From: Saprospirales bacterium
GTDB taxonomy: Bacteria; Bacteroidota; Bacteroidia; Chitinophagales; Saprospiraceae
Direction of reading: 5' to 3'
NCBI GenBank assembly: GCA_024642645.1
Contig: JAHEAS010000001.1
Coordinates: 1 to 27,018, forward strand
DNA length: 27,018 bases
The notes under the pieces were generated by a model. The model was not told the DNA's origin, did no database searches, and was given only the letters and a program-made list of their open reading frames with translations. Within the stretch, counting starts at the first letter, position 1. The number at the start of each line of letters is the position of its first letter. The position numbers and the translations under genes are program-made. Shown in pieces: positions 16,038 to 24,569 of this stretch.

Positions 16038-18404
16038 TCACTTCGCCGCATAAACTGCAAAATATTTGCACTCCTTGATAATCTGCTGGTAAAAAGCTGT
16101 CTCCCGGTACTGCTCCTTCAGCCTGCTGAAATTGACGAGGTATTGCTCCGGTAGCCGTGGGATGCGATTGCAACAAGGTTCCGGCTTGTACTGTACCGAT
16201 TGGAAGAATATTTTCTGCTCGCATCGGGCCGCTTGGAACGCCGCCTTAGCAGCCAGTTCTGGCGTAGTAGCCATCATCCGTGACTTTTCGAAAAAATAAA
16301 GCGCCCGCCCCAAGCCTGTGTTTTCCCGGTTTCCGAAAGGGTATTTCCAATGGTCAAACACTCGGCTATCACCCTCTTCAACCTTGGCCTGGTGCAACTT
16401 CGCCCAAGTACTGCCGCTGCGGAAAAAATCCATCGTTTTCCAGGCAAAACCGTAGTAGCTCATGTTGTAGCTAGCAAGGCCGAGTTGGTAATAATATCGG
16501 GCAGCACCTTCGAAATCGCCCTTTGATTTATAGTCGAGGTCGAGCAGTTCGACAAGCAATTCGCCTTTATTGAAGTAGGATGACAGTCCCGCCGAATCGG
16601 GTTTTGTATAGCAAGAAATGCAGTCTTTAAAGGTTTCCTTAAACGGGTTGAACTGTCCAAAATCGTCCCAACGTTCCGTGGGCATCCGCTTGTAGGTCTC
16701 CATCGCCGCCTCCATTTCTCCCCGGCTCATCAGGAGCGAAGCCTTGATGTCGAGCAGCATGTAAAGGGGGTTTTCTTTCAAAAGCAAGCGCTCGAATGAG
16801 TTTTTATCAGTCTTGAGCGCCGTGTAGATGAGGTTATCGAGCAGATCGAGTTGAGGGTTGGGCTTGAGGTCGCTCAGGGGATGTTGACTGAGAAAGGCCA
16901 TACCCAATTGCTGATTGCTGGCGAAAAGCCCAGCCATTTTATCCTTTAAAAAATCGGGCAGGCTTTTGTACTGGCGGTAACGCTTGTTGTCGGTGATTAG
17001 GTCGTAGGCATATTGTTCTGCTTCGTCGTTCGGTTTTTCGAAGCTGGCGATTTTCAGGGCGATTTGAAAAATGGCCAATTGCTCCTTCAGCGCCTTGTCT
17101 TTCAGCTTCGGCTCCACTGCCCGAAAAGTCTGCTCGGCGGCGTAATAATCTCCCGCTAAAAACTCCAAATAGCCCTCCGCCAGGAACCAAAGCTCAGGCC
17201 GAGCCACCTGCCCTTCCTCTCGGCATTTTCTTGCAAAGCGCTGTAAATCAATCACATACTTGCCTGCATACGGCCTCGGCAATTTGTGGTAGCGCTTGTT
17301 GTGTTCTTTTTCATCATTGAATTCCAGCCCCAACAAGTTGCGCTCCATCTTGCGGATTTCCTGCACCAACAGCCCTTCCAGCAGTTGGTTTTTGGGGTCA
17401 ATTTCATAGATTTTCTGCATCTCCTCCAGCGCCTTGCTCTCCGCCCCGGCTGCCCGTATGGCGTACAGCGTGGCCCGTTCCCCGTCCGATTGACAAAGGC
17501 GCAGGCAGTCCGTCCACTCCTCGTCCGTTTTTATCAAAAAACTCTGGTACGCCGAGGCTCGCCGACCGGGACAATGCTCGAAGATTTGGGCATAGGCGTA
17601 GCTGGCCTCCACGTTGCGGCCCAGCCGCAGGAGTGCCCCAGCTCGATGCCCCTCAATCCACCACGGGATGATGCTCTCGCTCCAGCGGGCTTTGAGTTTG
17701 TCCACCTTCGGCAATAGGTCGTCGCAAAGCTCCAGCACCTGCTCGTACTGCCCGGAATAATGCGCCAACCGGATGATTTGGTAGGCGTACCGCAGCCGGA
17801 TGTACGCCGATTTCGTGCGCTTGAATTCCCGTTTGCCTGCGGCAATGAGTGCCTGCATGGCCTCCTTGTCACGGGGCGGCGCTTGCCAGCGGTCGTTGGC
17901 GGTCACGTGCGGTTCGCATTGCTTCGCAAACAGCAGGTACTCCAGCGTTTCAGTGCATTTTTTTTCAAAAACAAACGCTGCAAACGTGTTGCCTTGCAAG
18001 TTTGGATGTACTTGCAGCGACTTGCTCTGCGTGGCCGTCAGTAGCAGGTCCAACTCGCTGGCCGGGGCTTTGTAGATGACGTAGGCGAGGTCTTCGATTT
18101 TCACATCCCCGCAAAACCGCTTGGCCCACTCGGCCAGGTTGTCGTCTTGATTGGCCTTTTGCACCGTCTCAAAATAGTTGCCGTACAGTTTATCGAAGCG
18201 CATAAAAAGCGGGGCGAGCGCCACCTGCTCCTGCTGCCGCAGGATGTCCATGTTCACAAAGCTGTAGCCGTGGAAGGAGCGGTCGTTGGGAGCGCAGGCG
18301 TGGGTTTCCTGCGCCGACAGGTGCGGCAAGGCAAAAAAGCATGCGAGCAAATTGGCCACCAATAGGTTTTGGCAGCCCTGTTTTAGCCAAAGGAAAAACG
18401 TCAT
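16038..18404 (-). CDS. Large exported helical-repeat (TPR-like) hypothetical protein, 788 aa
   Basis: Long ORF with hydrophobic N-terminus, TPR-like helices (RYAYQIIRLAHY, LAEGYLEFL, AAKAAFQAARCE) and 15 Cys after the predicted signal; function not recognised. Confidence 0.8.
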   Translation of the reverse strand: MTFFLWLKQGCQNLLVANLLACFFALPHLSAQETHACAPNDRSFHGYSFVNMDILRQQEQVALAPLFMRFDKLYGNYFETVQKANQDDNLAEWAKRFCGDVKIEDLAYVIYKAPASELDLLLTATQSKSLQVHPNLQGNTFAAFVFEKKCTETLEYLLFAKQCEPHVTANDRWQAPPRDKEAMQALIAAGKREFKRTKSAYIRLRYAYQIIRLAHYSGQYEQVLELCDDLLPKVDKLKARWSESIIPWWIEGHRAGALLRLGRNVEASYAYAQIFEHCPGRRASAYQSFLIKTDEEWTDCLRLCQSDGERATLYAIRAAGAESKALEEMQKIYEIDPKNQLLEGLLVQEIRKMERNLLGLEFNDEKEHNKRYHKLPRPYAGKYVIDLQRFARKCREEGQVARPELWFLAEGYLEFLAGDYYAAEQTFRAVEPKLKDKALKEQLAIFQIALKIASFEKPNDEAEQYAYDLITDNKRYRQYKSLPDFLKDKMAGLFASNQQLGMAFLSQHPLSDLKPNPQLDLLDNLIYTALKTDKNSFERLLLKENPLYMLLDIKASLLMSRGEMEAAMETYKRMPTERWDDFGQFNPFKETFKDCISCYTKPDSAGLSSYFNKGELLVELLDLDYKSKGDFEGAARYYYQLGLASYNMSYYGFAWKTMDFFRSGSTWAKLHQAKVEEGDSRVFDHWKYPFGNRENTGLGRALYFFEKSRMMATTPELAAKAAFQAARCEQKIFFQSVQYKPEPCCNRIPRLPEQYLVNFSRLKEQYRETAFYQQIIKECKYFAVYAAK

Positions 18405-18483
18405 GTGATGTTCTTGGTCGAGAGCCTGCCCAAATCCCGATAACTATCGCGAGGGTGGCCACAAAAAGCGGCGAAAGTTAGCC

Positions 18484-18522
18484 AAAAAAAAGAACCCACC
18501 AAGACCGGGCGGTCAGGGCGGG
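18484..18522 (-). terminator. Intrinsic terminator downstream of the sigma/anti-sigma pair
   Basis: Minus strand CCCGCC-CT-GACC-GCCC-GGTC-TT-GGTGGG, then TTC and T8. Confidence 0.65.
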
Positions 18523-18667
18523 CCAGCGTTAGCGACATTGGTAACAGGTGAGAAAAAATCTAAGACTTTGTGAAGTCAGCAACAAAATGATGTGGCAAAG
18601 GTGGTTGGCCTGCCTTAACTTGGGATGAAGGAGGTATTAAATAAAGGTGAAGAAAAGTAGTGGTTGA

Positions 18668-20005
18668 TTATCTGAATCCGTAGTATAGAACGGCAGTGGC
18701 GCCTGGCGTGCCCTCCCAACGAGGGCCTTCTTTGAGCAGGCGAATGGTCTCATCAATATATGCTTGTGGGGCCTTGCTTTTTGAAGTAAAGTTGGTCAAG
18801 GTCCCGTCTTCTTGCAACGTAAAACCTACCTTGACTATGTAAGCTGGCCGAGGCTGCTTTCCAGCTTCGGGGTGAAGCTTGTTTTCGTCCAAATATTTTA
18901 AGTAAGCAGAAAATCCTCCGGTTGGCTGAGGTGGGGTGATGGGGCCAGTTGCTGCATCGACCGCATTGGCAGGGACTATGGATTCAAGGACATCTATGTC
19001 AAAATTACCAGCAAACCTGAACGAAACATCAATATTGTCCTTTTTTCCGATGCCAATCTGTATGTCACCATAAGGATTGGAACTGAAAACCAAAGTGGCT
19101 GCGGTTTTGGGAACGTCAATGGAGTAATTACCGTCAATATCCGAGATGGTTCCAATATCAGTGCCTTTTGCTAAAATGTAGGCCCCACCGGCGAGCGGTT
19201 GCCCACTTTCATCGGTGACTTTACCAGTGATTTGGCGCAGCGCAGTGGCTGGTGCGGCGGGCATCCTCAATGGTGCGGTATCGGCCAGCTTTTTCGTTTC
19301 GGCCCTACTGGCTTTGGCTTTGGCGAGGTCTTCATCTTTTTGGGGAGCAGCCTGTGTTGCTTCGATGGCCAAGGCTGCATCAACGGACTGGGTCGGAGTG
19401 GGTTTGCTTTCGCTTTTGGCAACGGGTGGCGGAGCTTCTGCCGCTGCTGGCTCTTCTTTCAAGGTAGAAAAATTTTGGGCTTCGTCGTTGGCTTGCGCTT
19501 GCGATTGGGGCGCTACTTTTTTTGTTTTTGATGAAAAACTTTCTTGAACAGCAACCCGGTCGTCGTCGGCAGCGGCTTCGGTTTTTTGTTGCGAAGCAAT
19601 ACCAACGACCGCTGAATCGGCGAGAACTGGTTCTGTCTCAGAAGCTGCGGGCGGTGCCTCGGCGCTGGTGGCATCGGCCACGGCAGCGGCATTTTCACTC
19701 GATTGAAACTGCTGCAAAACCACCCAAGCCGCCACCAAAACTGCCCCCACGGCGGCAATCCGCAGCAGGTAAAACCCAGCACCACGGCGGCTTTCCGACT
19801 GTTTACGAAGCCGAACTTTCAACTTCGTAACGTCGGCGGCGTGGTCGGCTTCGGGCAGGGAGCGGTAGCCTTCGAGGGCGTCGGCGAGGAAGGGGTCGTC
19901 CTTGGCCGAGGCATCGAGCGCCCGCTCGTCGTGCCGATTGGCATCGCCGGTGAGCCACTTCCGAAGCGGCTGCTGTTGGGTACTATTTCCTTTTTTTTGC
20001 TTCAA
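18668..20005 (-). CDS. Putative anti-sigma membrane protein: N-terminal cytoplasmic domain, one TM helix, Ala/Glu/Pro linker, carboxypeptidase-regulatory-like domain, TonB C-terminal-like domain; 445 aa, TTG start
   Basis: DDPFLADALEGY, TM segment RIAAVGAVLVAAWVVL, ITGKVTDESGQPLAG...GTISDIDGNYSIDV, and PQPTGGFSAYLKYL...VGFTLQEDGTL...IRLLKEGPRW; follows an ECF sigma gene. Confidence 0.78.
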   Translation of the reverse strand: MKQKKGNSTQQQPLRKWLTGDANRHDERALDASAKDDPFLADALEGYRSLPEADHAADVTKLKVRLRKQSESRRGAGFYLLRIAAVGAVLVAAWVVLQQFQSSENAAAVADATSAEAPPAASETEPVLADSAVVGIASQQKTEAAADDDRVAVQESFSSKTKKVAPQSQAQANDEAQNFSTLKEEPAAAEAPPPVAKSESKPTPTQSVDAALAIEATQAAPQKDEDLAKAKASRAETKKLADTAPLRMPAAPATALRQITGKVTDESGQPLAGGAYILAKGTDIGTISDIDGNYSIDVPKTAATLVFSSNPYGDIQIGIGKKDNIDVSFRFAGNFDIDVLESIVPANAVDAATGPITPPQPTGGFSAYLKYLDENKLHPEAGKQPRPAYIVKVGFTLQEDGTLTNFTSKSKAPQAYIDETIRLLKEGPRWEGTPGATAVLYYGFR

Positions 20006-20026
20006 CTTTGGTTGATAAATCAGTGG

Positions 20027-20133
20027 AAGTAGCGTCGCCTTTAGGCGGCGGCGTTAAACAACCTTCAGGTTGTTTTGCCTGTGACAACCGCCTAAAGGCG
20101 ATTGAACTGCGCCGCCTAAAGGCGACGCTACTT
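20027..20133. repeat. REP-doublet (REPIN/BIME-like) palindromic element with GTAG-type ends
   Basis: Perfect 24-bp terminal inverted repeat AAGTAGCGTCGCCTTTAGGCGGCG (20027-20050 / 20110-20133), a third partial copy at 20088-20101 and an internal hairpin AAACAACCT / AGGTTGTTT (20056-20075). Confidence 0.8.
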
Positions 20134-20151
20134 TATCCGAACGCTGGCCGA

Positions 20152-20751
20152 TTAGACACTTGAACTGATGCCGACTTTTTCCATGCAGATGCGGAGGTTT
20201 CGCCTGCCGTTCTGGATGTTGGAGCGGATGAGGCCGAGGTCGTCGCCAGTCAAGTCGGCAATTTCCTTGTACGATTTGTCCTCGAAATAAAACTGCTCGA
20301 CACAGTGCTTTTGTTGAGCGGGCAGTTTTTCGATGCAGTTTTTCAGGGCTTTCTGCTGTGGTTCTTCCTCCAGCACGTCCACTGGATGCAAAACCCCGGC
20401 GGAATGCACAAGCTCGGCTTGCGCCGCTGGCGCCATCTCGTCGAAGGAGACGGTGCGGTCTTTTTTGCGGAGCTGCATGAGGCAGTGATTCTTCGCCACC
20501 ACGTGCAGCCACGGGCGGAACTGCCGGATTTCGTGCGTCCTGACCTTCTCCACTAATGTTTCGAAGATAGCCATCACTGCGTCTTCGGCCTTGGTTTTTT
20601 CCTTGAAATATTTGAGGCAAACACCGTACACCAGCTCCACGTAGCGCTCGTAAAGCACCCCGAGCACCTCCAAATCGCCGCTTTGCTGGTACTGTTGCAC
20701 CAGTTCGTCGTCCGATTTTTCGGTGGTATTTTTCCGAAAGAATTTGAGCAT
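20152..20751 (-). CDS. ECF-type RNA polymerase sigma-70 factor, 199 aa
   Basis: SDDELV, LYERYVELVYGVCLKY, AEDAVMAIF, FRPWLHVVAKNHCLMQLRK, CIEKLPAQQKHCVEQFYFEDKSYKEIA, IQNGRRNLRICME. Start set at ATG 20751. Confidence 0.95.
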   Translation of the reverse strand: MLKFFRKNTTEKSDDELVQQYQQSGDLEVLGVLYERYVELVYGVCLKYFKEKTKAEDAVMAIFETLVEKVRTHEIRQFRPWLHVVAKNHCLMQLRKKDRTVSFDEMAPAAQAELVHSAGVLHPVDVLEEEPQQKALKNCIEKLPAQQKHCVEQFYFEDKSYKEIADLTGDDLGLIRSNIQNGRRNLRICMEKVGISSSV

Positions 20752-20997
20752 GGTTGTGGCCAGAAGGCGATTCTGGGAAGCGAATATCGGTATTTGGCGA
20801 GAATAGCCGAAACAGAGATTGATTGCGAAGCAAAACAGATTGATAACCAAGCAGTTGCGTCAATAAATCGACCAAAGTCAAAACCCAAGCCCAACTATTT
20901 TGTATTGTCCCATGTTTTTTACCGTCAATGGCCTGTGGTGGCTGCGGTCTGTTTATCTTTGACGCTACATGTCGTATTTTTTATCCAAAAAGAAAAA

Positions 20998-21681
20998 ATG
21001 AACAACCTCTATATCACCGACGTGGTGAAGCATTTGTTGATTATCAATGTGATTGTTTACATTGGGACTCAGTTCATGGGAGAACCGGACTATAACACCC
21101 AACTTGAGTTGATAAATAATGCCGCCCAAGCAGACTTTGACCTGTGGGGACGGCTCCGTTTTGCAGTATTTTATCCAACATCGCCCTATTTCCATTCTTA
21201 TCAAGTTATCACCTACATGTTCATGCACGGCAACCTGATGCATATTTTCTTCAACATGTACGCTCTTTACATGTTCGGCACGGCGGTGGAGACGGTTTGG
21301 GGACCAAAGCGATTTTTGTTTTACTACTTGTTTACTGGTTTCGGGGCATTGGCTTTGCAAATGATTGTACAAACAATTGAGTTTAAGTATTTTGGCACAA
21401 GTCCCTACGCCGCCAACGTACCCATGCTCGGCGCTTCCGGTGCAGTTTTTGGGATATTGGCAGCCTACGGGATGCAGTTCCCGAACAGCGAATTGCGGTT
21501 GCTTTTCCCACCGATAACGCTGAAGGCAAAATATTTTGTCCTTATTTATGCCGCCATCGAGATTGGGCTTGGGTTAAGCCCTTTTCAGACCGGAGTGGCG
21601 CATTTTGCACACGTGGGCGGTGCGCTTTTCGGCTTCCTGCTCATCATGTACTGGCGTAAACGAGGGGAAAGGTTGTATTGA
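20998..21681 (+). CDS. Rhomboid family intramembrane serine protease, 227 aa
   Basis: ITDVVKHLLIINV, YMFMHGNLMHIFFNM, GASG catalytic Ser motif, AHFAHVGG catalytic His. Start set at ATG 20998. Confidence 0.95.
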   Translation: MNNLYITDVVKHLLIINVIVYIGTQFMGEPDYNTQLELINNAAQADFDLWGRLRFAVFYPTSPYFHSYQVITYMFMHGNLMHIFFNMYALYMFGTAVETVWGPKRFLFYYLFTGFGALALQMIVQTIEFKYFGTSPYAANVPMLGASGAVFGILAAYGMQFPNSELRLLFPPITLKAKYFVLIYAAIEIGLGLSPFQTGVAHFAHVGGALFGFLLIMYWRKRGERLY

Positions 21682-21750
21682 TTGTTGAATTGTTTTTTGG
21701 GAACACTTCATAGCCAACAATTTAACAATACAGCAACTCAACAATCCTGC

Positions 21751-21758
21751 TATTTTTG
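21751..21758 (+). promoter_or_regulatory. Bacteroidota -7 box (TATTTTTG) before the second rhomboid
   Basis: Exact TAnnTTTG 17 bp before ATG 21775; no clear -33 element. Confidence 0.45.
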
Positions 21759-21774
21759 TAAAAAAGTCTTCGCA

Positions 21775-22713
21775 ATGTTCAGTTCAGTTTGGCAAGACAT
21801 AAAGGGGTATTTGAGCCATGGCAACATGTTGACCCGCATCATCCTGGTCAATATTGGGGCCTTTTTGCTGCTGCTGGTGACCAAGTTGCTGCTTGGCGGA
21901 TTTTCTGAGGGAGGCATTTACAGCAGCTTTTCCCATTCCCTGATGATTGGCGCCCACTGGCAGCACAACTTGACGCACCCCTGGGTTTTCATCACGCACA
22001 TGTTCCTGCACGAGGGTTTTTGGCACCTGCTGTGGAACATGCTGGGTCTGTACTGGTTTGGTCGCATCGTCGGCGACCTACTGGGCGACCGCCGGGTGCT
22101 GCCGATATACTTGATTAGCGGCTTCGCTGGTGGCATGGTTTACTTCGTAATGGCGAACGTTGTGCCCGGTTTGGGTTTTGGAGACTACGCATTGGGGGCT
22201 TCGGCGGCCTTTATGGGCGTTTTGGTCGTGGCGGGCGTCACAGCGCCCGACTATCTCATTGGCCTTCCGCTGCTGGGTGATGTACGCCTGAAATTCATCG
22301 TGCTTTTCTTTCTCGTGCTCGATTTGGTGGGCATTTCTTCCGGCTACAATTCCGGTGGCAGCTTTGGGCATTTGGGAGGCGCTGCGATGGGTTTTTTGAT
22401 AGGCAACCAATTACAAAACGGCAACGACATGACCGCCCCGGTGAACCGGGTTTGGGATGCCATCACCTCGTTTTTTGAAAACCTTTTTTCACCAAAAAGG
22501 CCCAAGCCCAAAATGGCTTACCGCAACCCTGACCTGAAAAAAGAAACTGTAGGAAAGGCAACTCGCAGCACCAAACGCAGTAGCGGCAACCTTACCGACG
22601 ACCTATCCCACCAGGAACAAATTGACGCCATTCTCGATAAAATCAAACAGACTGGCTATGATAGCCTTTCGGCCCACGAGAAGGAGTTCCTTTTTAATGC
22701 AAGTAACAAGTAA
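21775..22713 (+). CDS. Rhomboid family protease with C-terminal DUF6576-like tail, 312 aa
   Basis: HMFLHEGFWHLLWNM, GASAA, GHLGG motifs; C-terminal IDAILDKIKQTGYDSLSAHEKEFL. Start set at ATG 21775. Confidence 0.93.
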   Translation: MFSSVWQDIKGYLSHGNMLTRIILVNIGAFLLLLVTKLLLGGFSEGGIYSSFSHSLMIGAHWQHNLTHPWVFITHMFLHEGFWHLLWNMLGLYWFGRIVGDLLGDRRVLPIYLISGFAGGMVYFVMANVVPGLGFGDYALGASAAFMGVLVVAGVTAPDYLIGLPLLGDVRLKFIVLFFLVLDLVGISSGYNSGGSFGHLGGAAMGFLIGNQLQNGNDMTAPVNRVWDAITSFFENLFSPKRPKPKMAYRNPDLKKETVGKATRSTKRSSGNLTDDLSHQEQIDAILDKIKQTGYDSLSAHEKEFLFNASNK

Positions 22714-22736
22714 ATTTCATCGGTCATTTTCGACCA

Positions 22737-23810
22737 ATGGCCAATGACAATCTCAAATTGAAACTGCTCAAAAAAATACTTCGTTGGGCGAACCTGCTGC
22801 TGATTCTGGTCACCTTGTTGGCCTACCTCGCACCATACGTCAATCCAGCAAAAGTCTGGCACTTCACCTTCCTCGGGCTGGCCTACCCAATGTTGCTTTT
22901 TGGCAATATTGGGTTCGCAATTTTTTGGATAATTCGACATGACCGATACGCACTGTTTTCAATTGGCTGCATTTTGGCCGGGCTGGGTTATTTCGGAGGC
23001 TTTTTCAGCCTGAGTGCCTCAGAAAAATCCTCAAAAAATAACACAGAAATCAGGGTGCTCACCTACAACATAGCTTCCCTGAAGGACTACTTCAGGAGCA
23101 AAGCCGATAACAAGAAAAAAATCAAGGCTGATTTTGAAGCATTCAGCAAGCGTGCCGAAGCACCTGACGTGTTCTGTGTCCAAGAAGGCAGAGGCGATGA
23201 CCTGACCGAACTAATCCAGACGACCTTCCATTTCCCGTTCCAGTATCGATACATTAATACCATCATTTTTTCAAAGTTCCCCATCCAAGCCAAGGGGGAC
23301 ATTGGCTTCAAGAATACAACCAATTCATGCGTTTGGGCTGATTTGAAAACGCCAGGTGGAATGGTGAGGGTTTACAATGTCCACCTACAGTCCAACAAAT
23401 TGGGCCAAACCGCCGACAAAATTGCTACGAAAGGCCAAATCAGCGACCAAGAAACTTGGCGTGATATCCGGTTTGTCATGGGGCGGTACAAGAGTGCAGT
23501 TGCCATTAGGGCGAAGCAGGCGCAGGCTGTAGCAAGTCACATGGCCAAATCCCCCTACCCCGTTCTGCTTTGCGGTGACTTCAACGACCCGCCTGTTTCC
23601 TATGTGTACAAGCTCCTTTCTAAAAATTTACAGGATAGCTTCTGCGAAAAGGGCAGCGGCTTTGGTTCCACGTTTGCAGGTAACCTGCCCTTTTTGCGCA
23701 TTGATTATGTGATGCCCAGCCGAAAATTCAAGGTGATGAACCACGAGGTGCTCAGCACAAAACTCTCCGACCATTACCCGGTGCAGGTTTTACTGCGTTG
23801 GACAAAATGA
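22737..23810 (+). CDS. Endonuclease/exonuclease/phosphatase (EEP) family membrane protein, 357 aa
   Basis: N-terminal TM helices; VLTYNI, CVQE, NVHLQS, LCGDFND, RIDY, SDHYP motifs. Confidence 0.93.
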   Translation: MANDNLKLKLLKKILRWANLLLILVTLLAYLAPYVNPAKVWHFTFLGLAYPMLLFGNIGFAIFWIIRHDRYALFSIGCILAGLGYFGGFFSLSASEKSSKNNTEIRVLTYNIASLKDYFRSKADNKKKIKADFEAFSKRAEAPDVFCVQEGRGDDLTELIQTTFHFPFQYRYINTIIFSKFPIQAKGDIGFKNTTNSCVWADLKTPGGMVRVYNVHLQSNKLGQTADKIATKGQISDQETWRDIRFVMGRYKSAVAIRAKQAQAVASHMAKSPYPVLLCGDFNDPPVSYVYKLLSKNLQDSFCEKGSGFGSTFAGNLPFLRIDYVMPSRKFKVMNHEVLSTKLSDHYPVQVLLRWTK

Positions 23811-24569
23811 ACCTTTTAAGAAGCTCCAATGACTGGATATAGGTATTTGCTGCAAAAAGTAGTGATTTATTCCAGCTCATCCTACACTGGTTTAAAATAT
23901 GGCAAAATATTTGTACTTGATAATTAAATTTATTTGGTACTCGCAATAAGGGTTGCCAAATAGAAAGCGCCGACAATTCGAAACCTGTCGGCAACCATGA
24001 ACAAAGTTTTATCCATGAACATAACCACCTCCCACAGGTGGCTCATTTTCCCGTTTGTATTTGGGAGAATTGGCCACAATGAATTTCAGCCACTGCTACA
24101 CAGGTTGAAACTTACTTTCCCAATCACCGTAATTAAGACCATATTTCAACTACAACAAGGAGGCTTGATTGATGGCTATAGACTTTGCTTTTCGCAATTA
24201 CTCAATGCAGTGCGGGAGGTTAGGTGGTATTATGCCATTGCAAAGTGATTTGCTTGTTTGCCGGTATCTAGAAGGATTTCAAGCACATTTACACTTTTGT
24301 AAAAAATGAATTTAAAAGTGTTGAAAGTGTAATTAATTGCTGTACATGCCTTTTTAAAACAAGCAATCCTTAAAGTCAAAATAAGTCAGTCAAATAATAC
24401 AATTTTTAATTAATTCGATTTGTAATTTATTAAAAATTAGCATCTTATGACAACTAAACCGTTTCCTTGCAAAATCCTACCGTTTAGTAGATGGTTCGAC
24501 ACACAGGGAAATATGTGCAATAAAGTCCGTTACCTTTAACCATCATTTTTCACTAATAAACAGCTGGCT

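Noticed and set aside
16610-16630. CISC motif in the 788-aa protein as a possible haem c site
   Set aside because: Reads CISCY, lacking the His of CxxCH.
20027-20133. Repeat cluster as a mini CRISPR array or IS
   Set aside because: Units are inverted, not direct repeats with unique spacers; no cas or transposase gene in the window.
20054-20881. 275-aa alternative-frame ORF over the sigma gene and REP element
   Set aside because: Arg/Gly-rich shadow frame of a GC-rich gene with no recognisable motifs.
20683-20997. N-terminal extension of the first rhomboid (332-aa version)
   Set aside because: Overlaps the sigma gene on the opposite strand; rhomboid similarity begins at ATG 20998.
23997-24248. 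83-aa ORF in the long intergenic region
   Set aside because: No recognisable motif or signal; not annotated as a CDS, mentioned only as context in a finding.
24452-24505. GGTTCGA (T-loop-like) with a nearby ACTAAAC/GTTTAGT inverted repeat
   Set aside because: No cloverleaf, acceptor stem or CCA can be built; not a tRNA.
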